Below are positions 24,494 through 37,848 of a DNA stretch of 64,000 nucleotides, one piece after another. How positions within the stretch are numbered: the stretch's first letter is position 1; every line of letters starts with the position of its first letter. A model generated the notes under the pieces. The model saw only the letters and a program-made list of their open reading frames with translations, ran no database searches and had not been told where the DNA came from. Made by a program: the position numbers and the translations under genes. Origin of the DNA: Monocercomonoides exilis PA203. Its lineage: Eukaryota; Protista; Preaxostyla. The stretch is taken from the NCBI GenBank assembly GCA_001643675.2, contig LSRY02000069.1:62001-126000 (forward strand), read 5' to 3'.

Positions 24494-25977
24494 ATGATTT
24501 CTCTTCTTATAGCCTTTCTGTGGATCACTTCAACATTCACTGAAGTTTATTTTACTGAAGAATTTGATTGTTTGCGATATTCTTTGATTTTCTTTTGTTT
24601 TTAAGTTTTATTGTTTATCTTTTTCTAACTCTATTGTTCCAAATCTAAAAACGCTTTATTTGTTTCATTTTAGACACATGGAGATCTAGATGGGTAGAAG
24701 GAAAATATTATGAAAAAGATGGACTTCAAGGGAAATGGGGATGGCAAATACCTTTATATTACAATAAAAAGGAGCTTGATTTCTGTCTATCGACAATTGA
24801 AGATAAAAAATATTATCAAATCAGTTGCGATATGGGGAAAACTTTTTCTACAAAGGATAAAGATTTGATTGTAGCATTTACAGTGAAAAATCAAGAAGAA
24901 ACAAGATTTGCAGGTGGTTACCTGAAGCTGTTCCCAGAGGGTATTGATCAGGAGCAACTAAATACGCAAACCCCATTTTATTTGATGTTTGGCCCAGACT
25001 GGAACGGAAAACTGAACAACATGCTTCGTGTTCTTATCCGATATAATAACCGAAACTTTGAGTTGCGCTCACATCACGCTTGCCCACCAGATAAGAACAC
25101 ATACTTATACACTTTCATCATCCATCCTGATTGGACATATGAAATTCATCTTAACGATCAGTTGGAAAGAAAAGCTCCTATGGAAGAAGAATTTGATTTT
25201 GTTAGACCTCGTCTGATTCCAGATCCAAATGCGAAAAAACCTGACGATTGGGAAGACGAAATGGAGATATACGATCCATCTGATAGAAAGCCAGCCGACT
25301 GGGATCAGCCGATGGTTGTTGACGACCCAACTGATGTGAAGCCTGAGGATTGGAACGAGACAACGATGGGTGAATGGAAGCCACGCAGAATAGCAAATCC
25401 CCTGTACAAAGGAACGTGGTATCCTCGCATCATCCCCAACCCGAAATACAAAGGGCCATGGGAGCCTCCGCTGGTTCCCAATCCGCTCTTTGAGAAAGAA
25501 AAAGAGACATACCACTTCTCGAAAGTCAGATATGTTGGGTTTGACGTGTACCAAGAAAAATGCGGCACACTCTTCGATAAAATATTCATTGGGGATGACT
25601 GGGCAGAGTATCGTGCGTATTTAGCTGTTACATGGGATCCGTTCCACCGCGCAGAGGTGGAAGGCGAGAAGAAGAAGTCTGGATCGGCAGATGTGAGAGA
25701 TGCAAAGCCGATGGGAGTGGCTAATCTGAACTCTCGGCAGGAAAGAGAGAAGAGGAGGAAGGAGGAAGAAGACAGAATGATTGAAAGGAAGCGGAAGGAG
25801 CTGGAGGAAGAGGCAAGAAGGAAGAAGCTTCTGGAAGAGGAGGAGGAGGAAGAGGAAGAAGAGTTCGAAGAAGATGAAGAAGACGAAGAAGAAATTGATG
25901 TGGATGAAGATATATCTACAAAGAAAGAAAAAGCCACTGCAAAGAAAGGGAAAAGCGATGAGAAATATGAACTCTAA
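24494..25977 (+). CDS. CALR: Calreticulin-family ER chaperone (2 exons)
   Basis: Signal peptide MISLLIAFLWITSTFT then EVYFTEEFD; GGYLKLFP and YLMFGPD; P-domain repeats (DP..KKPDDW, G.W.P..I.NP.YKG); acidic tail; C-terminal KYEL. Confidence 0.9.
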
Positions 25978-26521
25978 GAATGTGTTTGCATTTCAAGTAG
26001 CATTGCTTGTCTACAACACAATCATAAGAGCATTGATGTTTTATTCTTCGCAAGCATCTTTGTAATCCTTTTAACATTTTTACTCTACCTTGTCACTTCT
26101 TGTTTATTCTTTCTCGCTTTTTGTTTTCAATTGTTTGTTCCATCTTTTCTGAATTTGTCTATTTTTCATCTTTAACTCTTCCTCTTGCCATGACATCTCC
26201 TCACAAATTTGCTAGTTTTTCATTTTGTTGTTTCGTGTTCTTAAAATACTTGCGTGTTGCTAAACAAACTCATTTTCAATCTTTCTTCCTCCTGTGAATT
26301 CAAAAGGCATTTGTCTAAATAATAATTATTGGAGATACTGTTATCTCTGAAATGAATGAAAATAACTAAATAATATCAAAATTTGCAAAGCAACTCAAAC
26401 AAAGTGAGAATTGATGCAAAAATTTGCTAAAATGAATAAATGGATAAGCATTGCAGAATGCTGTGAAAATGTTCCAGTTACTCATCTCATTCTTTTGTAA
26501 CAAAATGAATAATGATTTGAA

Positions 26522-28351
26522 TTACTTCTCTTTCTTCTGTCCTGCTTGTGCTTTCTTGCTCTTCAAATCCATTTCTTCAACTTGTGCCTTTGTGAAGCGA
26601 TATGGAATCAGGTCAGCACCAACAAATGGCTGAGAAGGTGGAAAAAAAAGGAAAGCATTCAAAATAAAAAAAGGGGCATAATACAAGGGATAGAAAGGGG
26701 ATAATTAAGAAAATATAAACATTAAAAAGAAGAAAAAAAAATCTTTTGTATAGCGAACCTTCAGAACCTCAGGAACTTTTATTCCTTCGGGTGTCTGGTA
26801 AGTCTCCAAGATGCAGCACATTGTTCTTTGAATAGCACACAGAGTGGCATTCAGCATGTGAACATATTTCCTTTCACTTCTGTCTGCTCCTCCAGTCTGT
26901 CCTAATTTAATTCCCAGACGGCGAGCTTGATAGTCCACACAGTTTGAGCATGAAACAAGCTCACGGAAAGCCTTGGATCCAGGGAACCACGCCTCAAGGT
27001 CATACTTGGCTGCTGCGGCATTGTTCAGTGCACCAGCAACGATGGCAACAACACGATAAGCAAGTCCAAGCTAACAAAGTTGACATATTGTGAATAGTTT
27101 TTTGTATAAAATATTTTTTGTGAATAAGTATTTGAAGATATCAAAAGCATAATTGGCATTAATAAAAGAAAATGAATGGCATCTATTTCAAACTTGTTGG
27201 TTCCATTCTTCAGAGTTGCTAATCATCTCTTCCAACATTTCCCAGCTTTTGTCAGGAAGAACATACACAAATTGTTCGATTTTTTCAAACTGATGTGTTC
27301 TGAACACGCCACCTTGATCTTTTCCATGTGATCCGGCTTCCTTTCTGAAGCATGAAGAAACACCTGCATATTTCAATGGCAGACGTCCAGGATGAATACC
27401 TTCTCCTCTATGCAGGCAAGAAAGAGGCTGCTCAGCTGTTGCAATCAAGTATTTGTCATCTCCTTCTCCAGTCACTTTGTACAGTTCTTCATCAAACTGC
27501 TCCAATTGTGCGCATTCTTGCATAACTTCCTGACGCATGAAAAATGGAGGAAGCAATGGAGTGAATCCTTTTTTGCGCAAAAATTGCATTCCAAGATTCT
27601 GAAGTCCCATCCACATGAGCACCATTTCATTTTTCAAATAATATCCTCGCTCTCCTGCAACAACGCGTGCTAATTATTCAAATTTCCCAAATCATATAAA
27701 AAGTGCTAATAAATAAAAAATAGACAATAAAAATTTATAATACCTTGGTTGTATTCAACTCCATCAATCATTCTGATCAGATCTGCATGAGAAAGAAGTC
27801 CTTCACCTTCTCTAATTTCTCCTTTGATCCTCAAGACTTTGTTGTCATTTTCATCGTTTGAAGCAGGAGCAATTGGTGAAACAATTGCTCCGATCTTGTT
27901 CACTGCAGCTGCAAGTTTTGGTTCGATTTCTGCAATATCTTTGTGAAGCTTTTCAATTTCTCCTTTGAGATCAAGTGACTGCTTCCGCATTTCTGTTGCA
28001 TCTTCTTTTGCCTTATTTATTTGAATCATGAAGAATGATAAGTTATCACAATAAAAAAACACTATTTGCATGCTTTCATTTTTTGTCCAATTGCTTTGTC
28101 CAAAGCGTTTTTCTCGCGATTTTTTTGATCAAGTTGAAAGCGCACTTATTGTTATTTGCAAAATAACATATTAAATATATTGAAAATATTAAGACATATA
28201 AAAAAAAGTCCTTCAAACATTGTCTCCATTGCTCATCCAAAGATATAACATCATCGACGAATTCCTTTGGTTTAAATCTTCGCTCTTGTGACTCTCTAAC
28301 GATTTCTGGTGTTTTTCTGAAAAGATCAATGTCAAGTGCAAGTGAATCCAT
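26522..28351 (-). CDS. SARS1: Cytosolic seryl-tRNA synthetase, multi-exon
   Basis: [75 protein letters not shown] and [11 protein letters not shown]. Confidence 0.97.
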
Positions 28352-28492
28352 TTGTTAATCTGATCAACATCATAATATTTTTTTATTAGAATACCAATAT
28401 TTGCATTTTTATTTTTTTCTTCTGTTTTTATTGTTGATACTTGTGTTCGACAATTTATTGAATCTGCTCTTGTTGTATCTTAATTACTTATT

Positions 28493-29908
28493 ATGTCAGA
28501 ATCTCAATCTTTTTCAACTTCGCGATCATTAACATGGGAATATCCAGCTCTCAACGAAACATGTATTTTTTTTAATTTTTGAATATTGCATAAATCTAAA
28601 TGTATTTTTTTTTAAATTGATTAAGTTATACGAGATGAAGAAGGAGATTTGGATATTGAAGAAGCATATGTTAAAGCTTGTAAAAAATTGAAAATTCTTC
28701 CATCGGTTCATATTAAACGTATGTTATTTATTCAACAGTTTCAAATTATTAAATTCAAAAAGAATCTTTGCGAAATCCTAGTTTGGATTTATCGATGAAA
28801 GGACTTGGAACAAAAGGCCTAGCTGCAGTTCTTGAAGCGCTTTTGGCATGCGTTTCATGATATCTGTTCATATTTAATTCATTTCAACATATAATTTATA
28901 GATATATCAGCAAACTATAGAATTAATTTTAACTAACAATTCAATTGGTGTTGAAGGCCTTGAAATTCTGCAACAATTTTTAACTTCACCTTCTATCAGA
29001 GTAATGCAACTAAATATCAGTATGAATCAGTATGAGGATAAATAATTTATTCCTAAAATAACTTATGCTTTTTGAAAAATAGATTGAAAGGTGGAGGATT
29101 TAAACTTTCGGAAATAATTTTAACTTCTCCTTGTCTAACCGAGATTGATTTGTCAAATAATGGACTTCTTGATAGAGATATAACAGATATTTTTATTGCT
29201 CTTGCATCCACTCCCTCTGTAGTGAAAGTTAATTTGTCTCACAACTCAATTACGGAGAGAGGTGGACGCGACATTGGGCGAATGCTGAATGACACGAAAC
29301 TGAAGGATTTAGATATTTCGTGGAATGAACTCAACGACAAAGGAGCTATTGCCATAACAGATGCACTTAAACAGAACACAACGCTTTCAAAAATTAATAT
29401 GGGGACAAATGGCCTCACCGGACTGGTCGCCCTTCAAGTGGCTCAGATTCTCACTACAAGTGAAAAATACCAGACACTGACATCTATTGACCTGTCGGGG
29501 AATTCTCTGTTTGACTCAAAAACAGGTGACAACGGCATCTGTGCGATATTCACAGCGTTGCAGGCAAATTCTGGGGTTATTTTGAAGGAATTGAAAATGA
29601 GAGGGTGTGTTCTTGGAGCGAAAAGCATTCAGTTGATACCAACAGCGCTTTCTCATTGCGTAGTCCTAAAGTTGCTCGATCTTCGGGAAGCGAAGTTTTG
29701 CTCACAAGCAAAGGCTATTGACGTTGAAGGGACAAAAGCAATGACACTTATATCTCCTTTGGAATCGCGCGAGGAGGTGGAAGAGCTGAGGAGAAGTACA
29801 TCAGAGCTGGCAAAACATTGCCAAGTGCTATTTCGTGAAGAAGATGTCACTGTGAGTTCTGCATACAAAGAACAGTCTTCTTCTTCTTCTTCTTCTTCTC
29901 TAACTTAA
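28493..29908 (+). CDS. Leucine-rich repeat protein (RNI-like), multi-exon
   Basis: Repeated LxxLxLxxNxI motifs at about 28 aa spacing (IDLSNNGL, VNLSHNSI, LDISWNEL, IDLSGNSL). 5' exons inferred from GT/GC-AG sites. Confidence 0.8.
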
Positions 29909-30502
29909 CTGTTTTCCTTGTGCAATAATTGAAATTTATTCAGATACCCATTTCTGTTGTGCTTTCATTATGGGATTCTTCACTTGATTGAATTCTAAAG
30001 CTTTATTCCATAAGCAAGAAGGTGAACACTCGTTGGCTATGTTCAAAGTCATGGAATTTGTAAAATTGTTATTCATTTGTCTTGTAAGCATTGGCTAGTT
30101 GTTGATATCATTTTCACAGTTTGGTTGCAGTTATTTCTCAGATGAATTTAGTTCATCCGCACAAATATTACAAGAACAAGATCATTGAATTTGAAAAATA
30201 TGAACAATTGTTTCTCTCTATGGTTGCGTTTATATTCAATTGCTTTTTTGCATTACTTTTTAATTAGAATTATTCTCGCATTAGCATCAACACAAATTTT
30301 TTCAAAGAATCAAAATTATGAAACAATAATTTTCATTTAAGGATTGCTTTTTTACTCACACATTTGCACTTTAAGTGAATGACTTATGAAAAATTGAAGT
30401 GGTGGAAGAAAAAAAACTCTGTCAAATACATATATAATGGGTGAACAGTATCGGATCACAAAAAAACTATTTTATCTCTTGTAAATAACTTAATTTCATT
30501 AT

Positions 30503-33383
30503 ATGACCGCAACAAGAATTGAAATATCTGAACTTGCCTCTCAAATGAAAGGGGCTCCTTCATCTTCTCAAATTTTAACTGTTTGGGAAGGATGCACACA
30601 GTTTTTGGATTCTTCCATGTCACAAGGAAAAGTTTGATGTAAATTTTTTTTATTATTCTGTTGTATTTTTCGTTGTTGATGGAATGTTATTAATTGCTTC
30701 TTTTTTTAAACTTAATTTCCATGAAAAGGGAGTTGGATTTCCAGATTTTGGAATATTCACCTTTTCTGTTGAAAAATCTGATATTGGAACAAGAGGAGCA
30801 TTGTGCAATCGCCGACCTACATTTCACATGAGTGCTGCGTTTTCTGGAGCTCATGGAGTTACGACTAAGGTTGCAGTGCTTGACACAAGCAATGTTCCTC
30901 ATGTTCCTCTTAATTTTTCTGCCGTCGGAGCTGTTTGTGGAGTAACACGTGAAGAGGCATCACAGGGATATAAATATTTTCTTCTTGGATTGGGGCAAGC
31001 AATTCATCAAAAGCGTTCAATAAGGCTTGATTTTCGCATTGCAACATTTACACTTAATGCTGGTTCAACTCAAGCAACAATGTCATTCAAGGGAAACAAC
31101 TCTCTTCGCGCACGTGAACTAATTCCTCATACAGAATCCACTTACAAATTCCAAGCTACAAGATCTTTTGGAAGCCCAATTGCTGAAATGCGACGCCAAT
31201 ACATGGCCGAGCGCGGATTGGATATGTCTGCAACGCATCCAAGCACTGCTGCAGGAACAACTCGCAGAAGAGCTAGCAACAGAATGTCTGACGGATGGGA
31301 TGACACAATGGGTAGTGGAGTGAGCACAAGGCCATATTCAAAAGGAGGATCAAGAGATGGAAAGAGGTGGACAAATCCATATGACGCACCAAAACCCCGT
31401 GCTCTCACAAAACGAGAGCAGCAGGATATGCGGTATAAGCAGCAACAGCAGATTCAATACATCCGCCCAGAACGGCGCGCTGTCTCAACTTCATCGACAA
31501 CAAGAAGCGGAACCAGAACATCTCTTCCAAATTTTGGAGAATCCGATCAGTCTGCTTACACTCAGTCATCAGACTCCACAGGGCAGATTGACGCCTTTGG
31601 TGCTAGTCTGCGGAGGTCAGGAAGAAGACAGCCCCAGGGCATGACACAGACAGCCCAGAGAGAAGGAGATATGTGGCAAAGTGGGAGGATGAATGCTTCG
31701 GGTTATACTCCCAACGCTTCAGGATCATTTCAACAGAACCCACAAAGGCCATCTGTCCGTGTTCCTCAGAGGAAACAGCAACAGATCCAGTCGCTAACGT
31801 CAACATACCCTCCTCTTTCCTCCACTGCATCGTCAACTCTTTCTAATCCTGATCTTTCTGCAACTTCTCCGTCATATGCCAACACATGCACCAACACACG
31901 CACTCTTTCATCTTCACTCCCAACACAAGGTCGCTATGTACCCCCCAAACAGCAGATCTTGAGTCTGCGCTCGTTCGGCGGCACCCAGACGCTGAAGCCT
32001 GTGGAAGGGCTGGATTATCGCATCTGTCGCATATGCCACCGCTACTCTGAATGCCTTCCTGCTCCAAACATGTGCTCGATGTGCATTGCGCGGGCGACGC
32101 AGATTGCAGAGAAGGAGAAAGCGAGGCTGAGGGAAATAGCAGACGATGAAGCGTATCAGCAGTTTGCGAAGGAGAAGGACAGCACTGCCTTGGACAGCGA
32201 CAAGGAGATGGCACGCATAGCGCAGATGAAGCGAGACGAGATGGACAGGTACAACCACGACAAGGCAATGCAGAAGACGCGGGATTTGCAGTCGACGGGG
32301 CAGGATGCCTTTCTGACGGGGACTGTCCCGATGGGAGATCCCTTTGCGCGGAGGCCGGAGGATGGGCCGGTGTCGGAGGAGAGGAAAGCGCAGCTGAGAA
32401 GGGCGCTGGAACAGCAGATTGTGGAGCAGAAGGCGCAGAGAGAAGCGGAGGCAGCAGAAGAAAGGGAATATGGAGCACGTGCGCGCGAGATCGAGATTGA
32501 AGATTTGAAGCGGCGGACGCTGAGGGAGCAGGAGGAAAAGCAGCGGAAGATTGCTGAGCAGGATCTGATTCTGAAGAGGCAGATGGCCGAAGAGCGGATG
32601 GAGATGCCTGCAATTGTAGGGTATCCGAGCGAAGGAGACCCGTTCACGCTGCATGAAGACGAAGCGCCTGAGATAATTGCAGCGCGGAAGGAGACGCTGA
32701 GGCGCGTGCTGCAGCTGCAGATGGACCAGCGGAAAAAAGAGCAGAAGGAGCAGATCGAGAAGGAGCAGGAGAGAGAGCTGATAACTGCACAGCTGATGAA
32801 AGAGGAGTTGGAGAGGGAAGCTGACGAGAAGTTCGCAAGAGACGCGCAGATGCAGGCAGAGCGCAAGGCAGCGCTTGAAAAGCAGATCAAAGAGAGGAAG
32901 TACGACAGCGGTATCGTCGGCTACGAGGCTTCGGGTGATCCATTCACGAAGGGAGAAGCAGAGGCAGAAGTGCAGCAGCGGAAGTTGGCCACGCAACGAA
33001 AGCTGGCAGAAGACTATCGCAAGCAGCTGGCGGCTGCAGAGAAGAAGAAAGACGACGAAAGGAAAGAGATGGAGAAGGAGACCGAGCTGGTGAAGGCAGA
33101 AGACGCGGCGCAGCTTGAGATGGACAGGCTGATGGAGGAGGAGCACAAGCAATTCACTGAATCGTATGGGAAGCTGCTTGCAGCGCAGATGGAGGAGCAG
33201 AAGAGGCGCCGGGAGAAGGAGTCATACCAGGCGCAGGCTGAGGCTGAGCGGGCGCTGTTTGGAGGAGAAGGAACGCTTCTGTCGCCGATGATTGGAGAGG
33301 CACCAGACATGGTGGATTGCGAGCAGCCGTACTACAGAAAGAGAAAGATTACCAAAAGGGAAAGACTGACTTATGGATTTTAA
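30503..33383 (+). CDS. CCDC81: CCDC81-like protein (N-terminal HU/IHF-like domains, long coiled coil)
   Basis: Exon 1 MTATRIEISELA...TVWEG...SMSQGK, then GVGFPDFGIFTF...RRPTFHM...HGV...PLNFS, resembling the CCDC81 N-terminus. CxxC/CxxC motif; E/Q/K/R-rich helical C-terminal half. Confidence 0.75.
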
Positions 33384-34173
33384 TGTGAAGCAGCGATGAT
33401 AAGAGAAGCAAATTCGAAGTGTGTCTTTCATCTGAATCTTTCTGTGTTGTCAAAGTTATCACAGACTTGTGTTTCTGCTATTAATCGCTTTTTTATTTAA
33501 TAAGTTTATTTCTTTTTTTTTACAAAGCTATTTTCTTTCTACTAAAAGTCAATTCTTTTTCTCTGCTTCGTGATTTTGTGTACTTGTTTTATCTGTGCTT
33601 TGTTGCATTTCTTTCTATGCACTTGCAAATTGTTTCATTCAGAAGTGTTTTCATTATGCAGTTATAATTTTTACAAGCGAAATGTATAATAACCATTTTA
33701 TTTGCTTCTCAAATTCATCACATTCCCTCATCTTTTTTTGTCTTTATTCACCTCACATTAATCTGCTGAATAAATAATCCAAAAATGAATCCTTTATATT
33801 TCTTGTTTGTTTGTTTCACATCACTACCAAAGTGTGTTTTATTTTTTATTTTTATTTTATTTTATTTTTTTTTCCATTTTCTAATTTATTTAATTTTTAG
33901 GAAAAAAATAGACCAAAGGAAACTACTCTCAACGATGTTGGTGAATGAAAAAAATAAAATAATTAATTTCGAAAATAACAGCATCAAAAAGCACAATTCA
34001 AATTGACGCAAGCGAACAAACAGAAAGATTCACTTATTCTTAAACAATTACTTTATTGGAATTTCATGAAGCAAATCATGAAAAATAGTCAAATAAACAC
34101 AATAAATTGAACAATCCGTTACGCTCTCAAAGAGAAAGACTATTGCATTCCAAAGAAAATAATGTTAAATTTT

Positions 34174-35772
34174 TTAATGAATTTTCTCCAAAACTGTTGT
34201 CAAAAGTTTATATGATCCAGGAACGGTATCAATAAATAATGTCTCCTTTGGTGAGTGAACATCAACCATGTATGGTCCAACGGAGATGCATTTCAGGCCT
34301 GGATGTGATGCTTGGAACATACCGCATTCCAAACCAGCATGGATTGCATAGATTTCAGGCTCTTTTCCGTGAATTTCCTTGTAGGTCTCGACAGAAAGAG
34401 TAAGCAATGGGTTAGCTGTATCGGGAAGCCAGCCAGGGAAGATGTTAGGCATGTCAGTAATGTTTGCACCCACAGTGCGTGCAAGTGCTTTCAATTGTTC
34501 GTGAACAACTGGCATGTAATCGTTGTCAGATGAACGAGGGAAGAATTCGAAGCGAGCAGCGTGGCATTCTGGTTTGTCGCAAAGCACAGCCTTGCAGAAG
34601 TTGATTGAAGTCTCCACAAGACCTTCAACATCAGGGCTCATTCTCATAACACCGTGTGGTGCAATCAAAACAACATCCAAGAACTTGCGGGTTGACTCAT
34701 AATCATATGAAACATGTTTGTCGATTGCTCCTTCAGTCTCAATAAATTTCATATCTTTCTCAATTGTTTTCCATTCTTGTTTCAGCAATTCTTCTTGTTT
34801 CTTCAATTCAGTCATAAATTCAGCTTTTGAAGCAGCTGGAACAACTATTCCGCATCTGGCATTCGGTGGAATAACATTTCTTTTATCTCCTCCAACAAAG
34901 TATTGCAATCCGAATTTTCCTTCCAAGTTGCAGTGCAGAGTTGTCTGATGGATCAATTGGCCAAGAAGTTTCAGGGCATTTGCACGTCCTTTGTGGATTT
35001 CCACTCCGCTATGCCCACCCTGCAATCCTTTTAATTCAATACGAATTGCTGCTCCTTCAATATTATCTTTCTTAAGTGGTAATGTTAACTCATCTTCGAA
35101 TCCACCTGCGCATCCGATTGTAATTCTCCAATCTTCCTCTGAATCAACATTGATCAAATATGGACTTTTGATAAATCCCTTCTTGATGTTTGTGGCTCCG
35201 TACATTGTTGTCTCTTCATCAGTTGTAAATAATCCTTCAATTGGTCCATGTTTTAATGTTTTGTCAGCAAGAATAGCCAAAACAATTCCGCATCCAATTC
35301 CGTTATCAGCTCCGAGTGATGTATCTGTTGCCATAAGTGCATACTGTCCAAAAGCTTTGTCTGGGCTTTCGACAATACGTGGAACAAGTGGTTGCTTTGT
35401 GAAATCAAAAGTTAAACCTTCTGCGGCAACTGTAACCATATCATAGTGGGCTTGAAGGCAAACGGATGGGCGAGATTCATATCCTGGTGTAGCTGGTTTC
35501 CTGATAATAACGTTTCCGGCTTCATCTCTTTCGGTTTCCAAACCAAGCTCTTTTCCAAAGCCAATAATTTTTTCTCTTGGAAGATCAGGAAATCCTGAGC
35601 CACGCGGAGTTTCGACCATTGCAAGGAAATAGTCCCAAATTGCTTTGGGTTCAGGAAGGCGTCCCTGTGAATAAATTATTGATAAAATAAATTCTGCATC
35701 AATATAATTTGCAACATATCATACATCAGCTAAAACAGATTGAGCAGCAGCAGTTGTCAAATGTGATGACAT
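34174..35772 (-). CDS. pepD: Aminoacyl-histidine dipeptidase PepD (peptidase M20C), bacterial-type, one 5' intron
   Basis: DEAGNVIIRKPATPGYE, LQAHYDMV, TSLGADNGIG, TTDEET, INVDSE, GGHSGVEIH, IHAGLECG and VHSPKE. Exon 1 MSSHLTTAAAQSVLAD is joined by a GT-AG intron to GRLPEPKAIWDYF. Confidence 0.93.
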
Positions 35773-36037
35773 CTTTGATTTGATCATCCTATAATTTCAT
35801 TAATGTTCACAACCTCTTGATTCAATGAAAATTGAGTCATTTTTGAAATAAAATTAAAATTTTATTATTTTCAAAGAATGCACATATGGATAATATCGTT
35901 TTTGCCACATGAAGAAAAAAATAAAAAAAATTAAGCCAAGATCGAGTTAGATTTTTGTTGTTTTTGTGTGTGTGTAAGTGTTTGAAGATTATATTTTTGT
36001 TGGCGTCGCATTATTCTAAAAAATATATTATTTAGTG

Positions 36038-37212
36038 ATGGCAACGCTTTATGGTTTGTTTTCTTTTTTATGAATATTTGATAAAGTGTTTTCATTCAAA
36101 AACATATTGTTATAACAGTGGGAAATATTCCATATGATGCAACTCAGCAAGAAATTTATGATCTTTTCAAGCAGTGTGGTACAGTCACAGATATAAAGTT
36201 TGATTTTCTTTTTATTCAAAATTAATAGACATATTTATTCACATATTCATAGGATGACTCAAGATCCACAAAATCAAAAAGGATATTGCTTTGTTTCTTT
36301 CAAAGATGAACTTACAGCAGAATCGGCTCGTCAACATAGTTTGTATATTCATATATTTTTTTATCCTTTTAATTAAAATATATAGTGAGCAACTATGAAT
36401 TCAGAGGGAGAAAACTATTAATTAATTATTCGCAACGAACTGCAGCATCTCGGGCAATTTCTTCTGCGATACCTTCTTCTGGACTTTCAACTTCATCAAT
36501 GATGTTGCAATCTGATCAAATGTCGCATGCTCATGGAATGGGTTTTGTTCCTGCTTCTCATCCTCAGATTGATATAGAAGTTCAAGAAGGTCTTGAAACA
36601 TTCACATTGGAGCAATTGCATTCAATTATTACTGATTTTAAAGTTTGTATTGTTCTATAATTTGAATATAGTAAATATTTTTTTGGTTCTATTGATTCTA
36701 ATAAGGGATTAATACTTCAAGATCCTGAACAAGCTAGACAGTTGCTGATTGAGTATCCTCAATTAGCACAAGCTATTCTACAGTCACTTTTAATGATAGG
36801 AATGCACCCGTCTCTACCAGCGCTGATTCTTGCTTCTGTGACTGGTTTGTCCCAGTCTTTGCAAATGCAAGCTCCGTCTGTTTCTGCTTCGCAAACGCCT
36901 TCTGCTTTAACAACAGCTGCATTGTCTGCTGGTCCTTCATCTTCTTCTCTTGGCCAGTCCGCTCAGCCCGGAAGAAATTCTGGATCTGCTCCTGCAGCTT
37001 CTCGAGATTTAGTGATATCTCAAGTTCTTCAGACAATTCGAAATATAAAGAAAATTGCTTCTGAGAGGAAAAACTTACAAGAAGCTTTAGCTTCCGTAAC
37101 AGACGCGCAGTTTCAACCATTTTTAAATATCAGAAGTGAACATTTACCTTATATGTCAAAAGAGGATCAGCAAATAATGAAGGCTCTTTTACTGAGCCGT
37201 GTTAAGAAATGA
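36038..37212 (+). CDS. CSTF2: Cleavage stimulation factor 64 kDa subunit (CstF-64/Rna15), multi-exon
   Basis: RRM exons LYVGNIPYDATQQEI, KGYCFVSF and YEFRGRKL; hinge domain PEQARQLLIEYPQLAQAILQSLLMIG. Confidence 0.85.
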
Positions 37213-37848
37213 AAAAATATTTTGCTTTATTCATGTGGAATGTTTTTTGTTATTAATTATTCTAAACAAAAGTCAGTTAAAGACAGAGCTTTGTGAAATT
37301 TTTGAACAATCTATTTCAATTACTAGATAGTCTTGTGTTATTAATGTGCAATAAAAGCTTTCATAAAGAATTCAAAAATCCAAATGCTCGCTATCAAATA
37401 TAGTGCGTTGTTGTGTTTTGAAAACATGAAAAATTGAATATGAATCAAAAAAGAATTTAGAAAATTACAGGAAGATCAAATTATTATCAAAATATATTGA
37501 TTACGTAAAATATTCAAAAATGATAATTATTCGATGTATTTTCTATTGATGTGAAAATATATTTGGAACGTTTACTTGATTTTCATGTTTTTATGTAATA
37601 ATTATTTCATAATGAATCAGTATTTATTAATTTGGCACATAAAGTTATTGAAATATCAAAAATGGCACTCAAATGAACAATATATAAATAATAAATATTT
37701 TTAAAAAGAAAATAATAAAGAAAATTTTGTCAAAATTTAGAATGAAACCCATTTTTATATATTTATTAAGTGGTGTGGATTGAAAGTGTTATAATTGTTG
37801 TTTTTCAACAAAAATTTTCGTATATTACATTAAAAAACTTTATGTTAT

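Noticed and set aside
31843-33310. Long antisense ORFs (up to 412 aa) opposite CCDC81
   Set aside because: Shadow of GAG/CAG-rich coiled-coil codons; no domain features.
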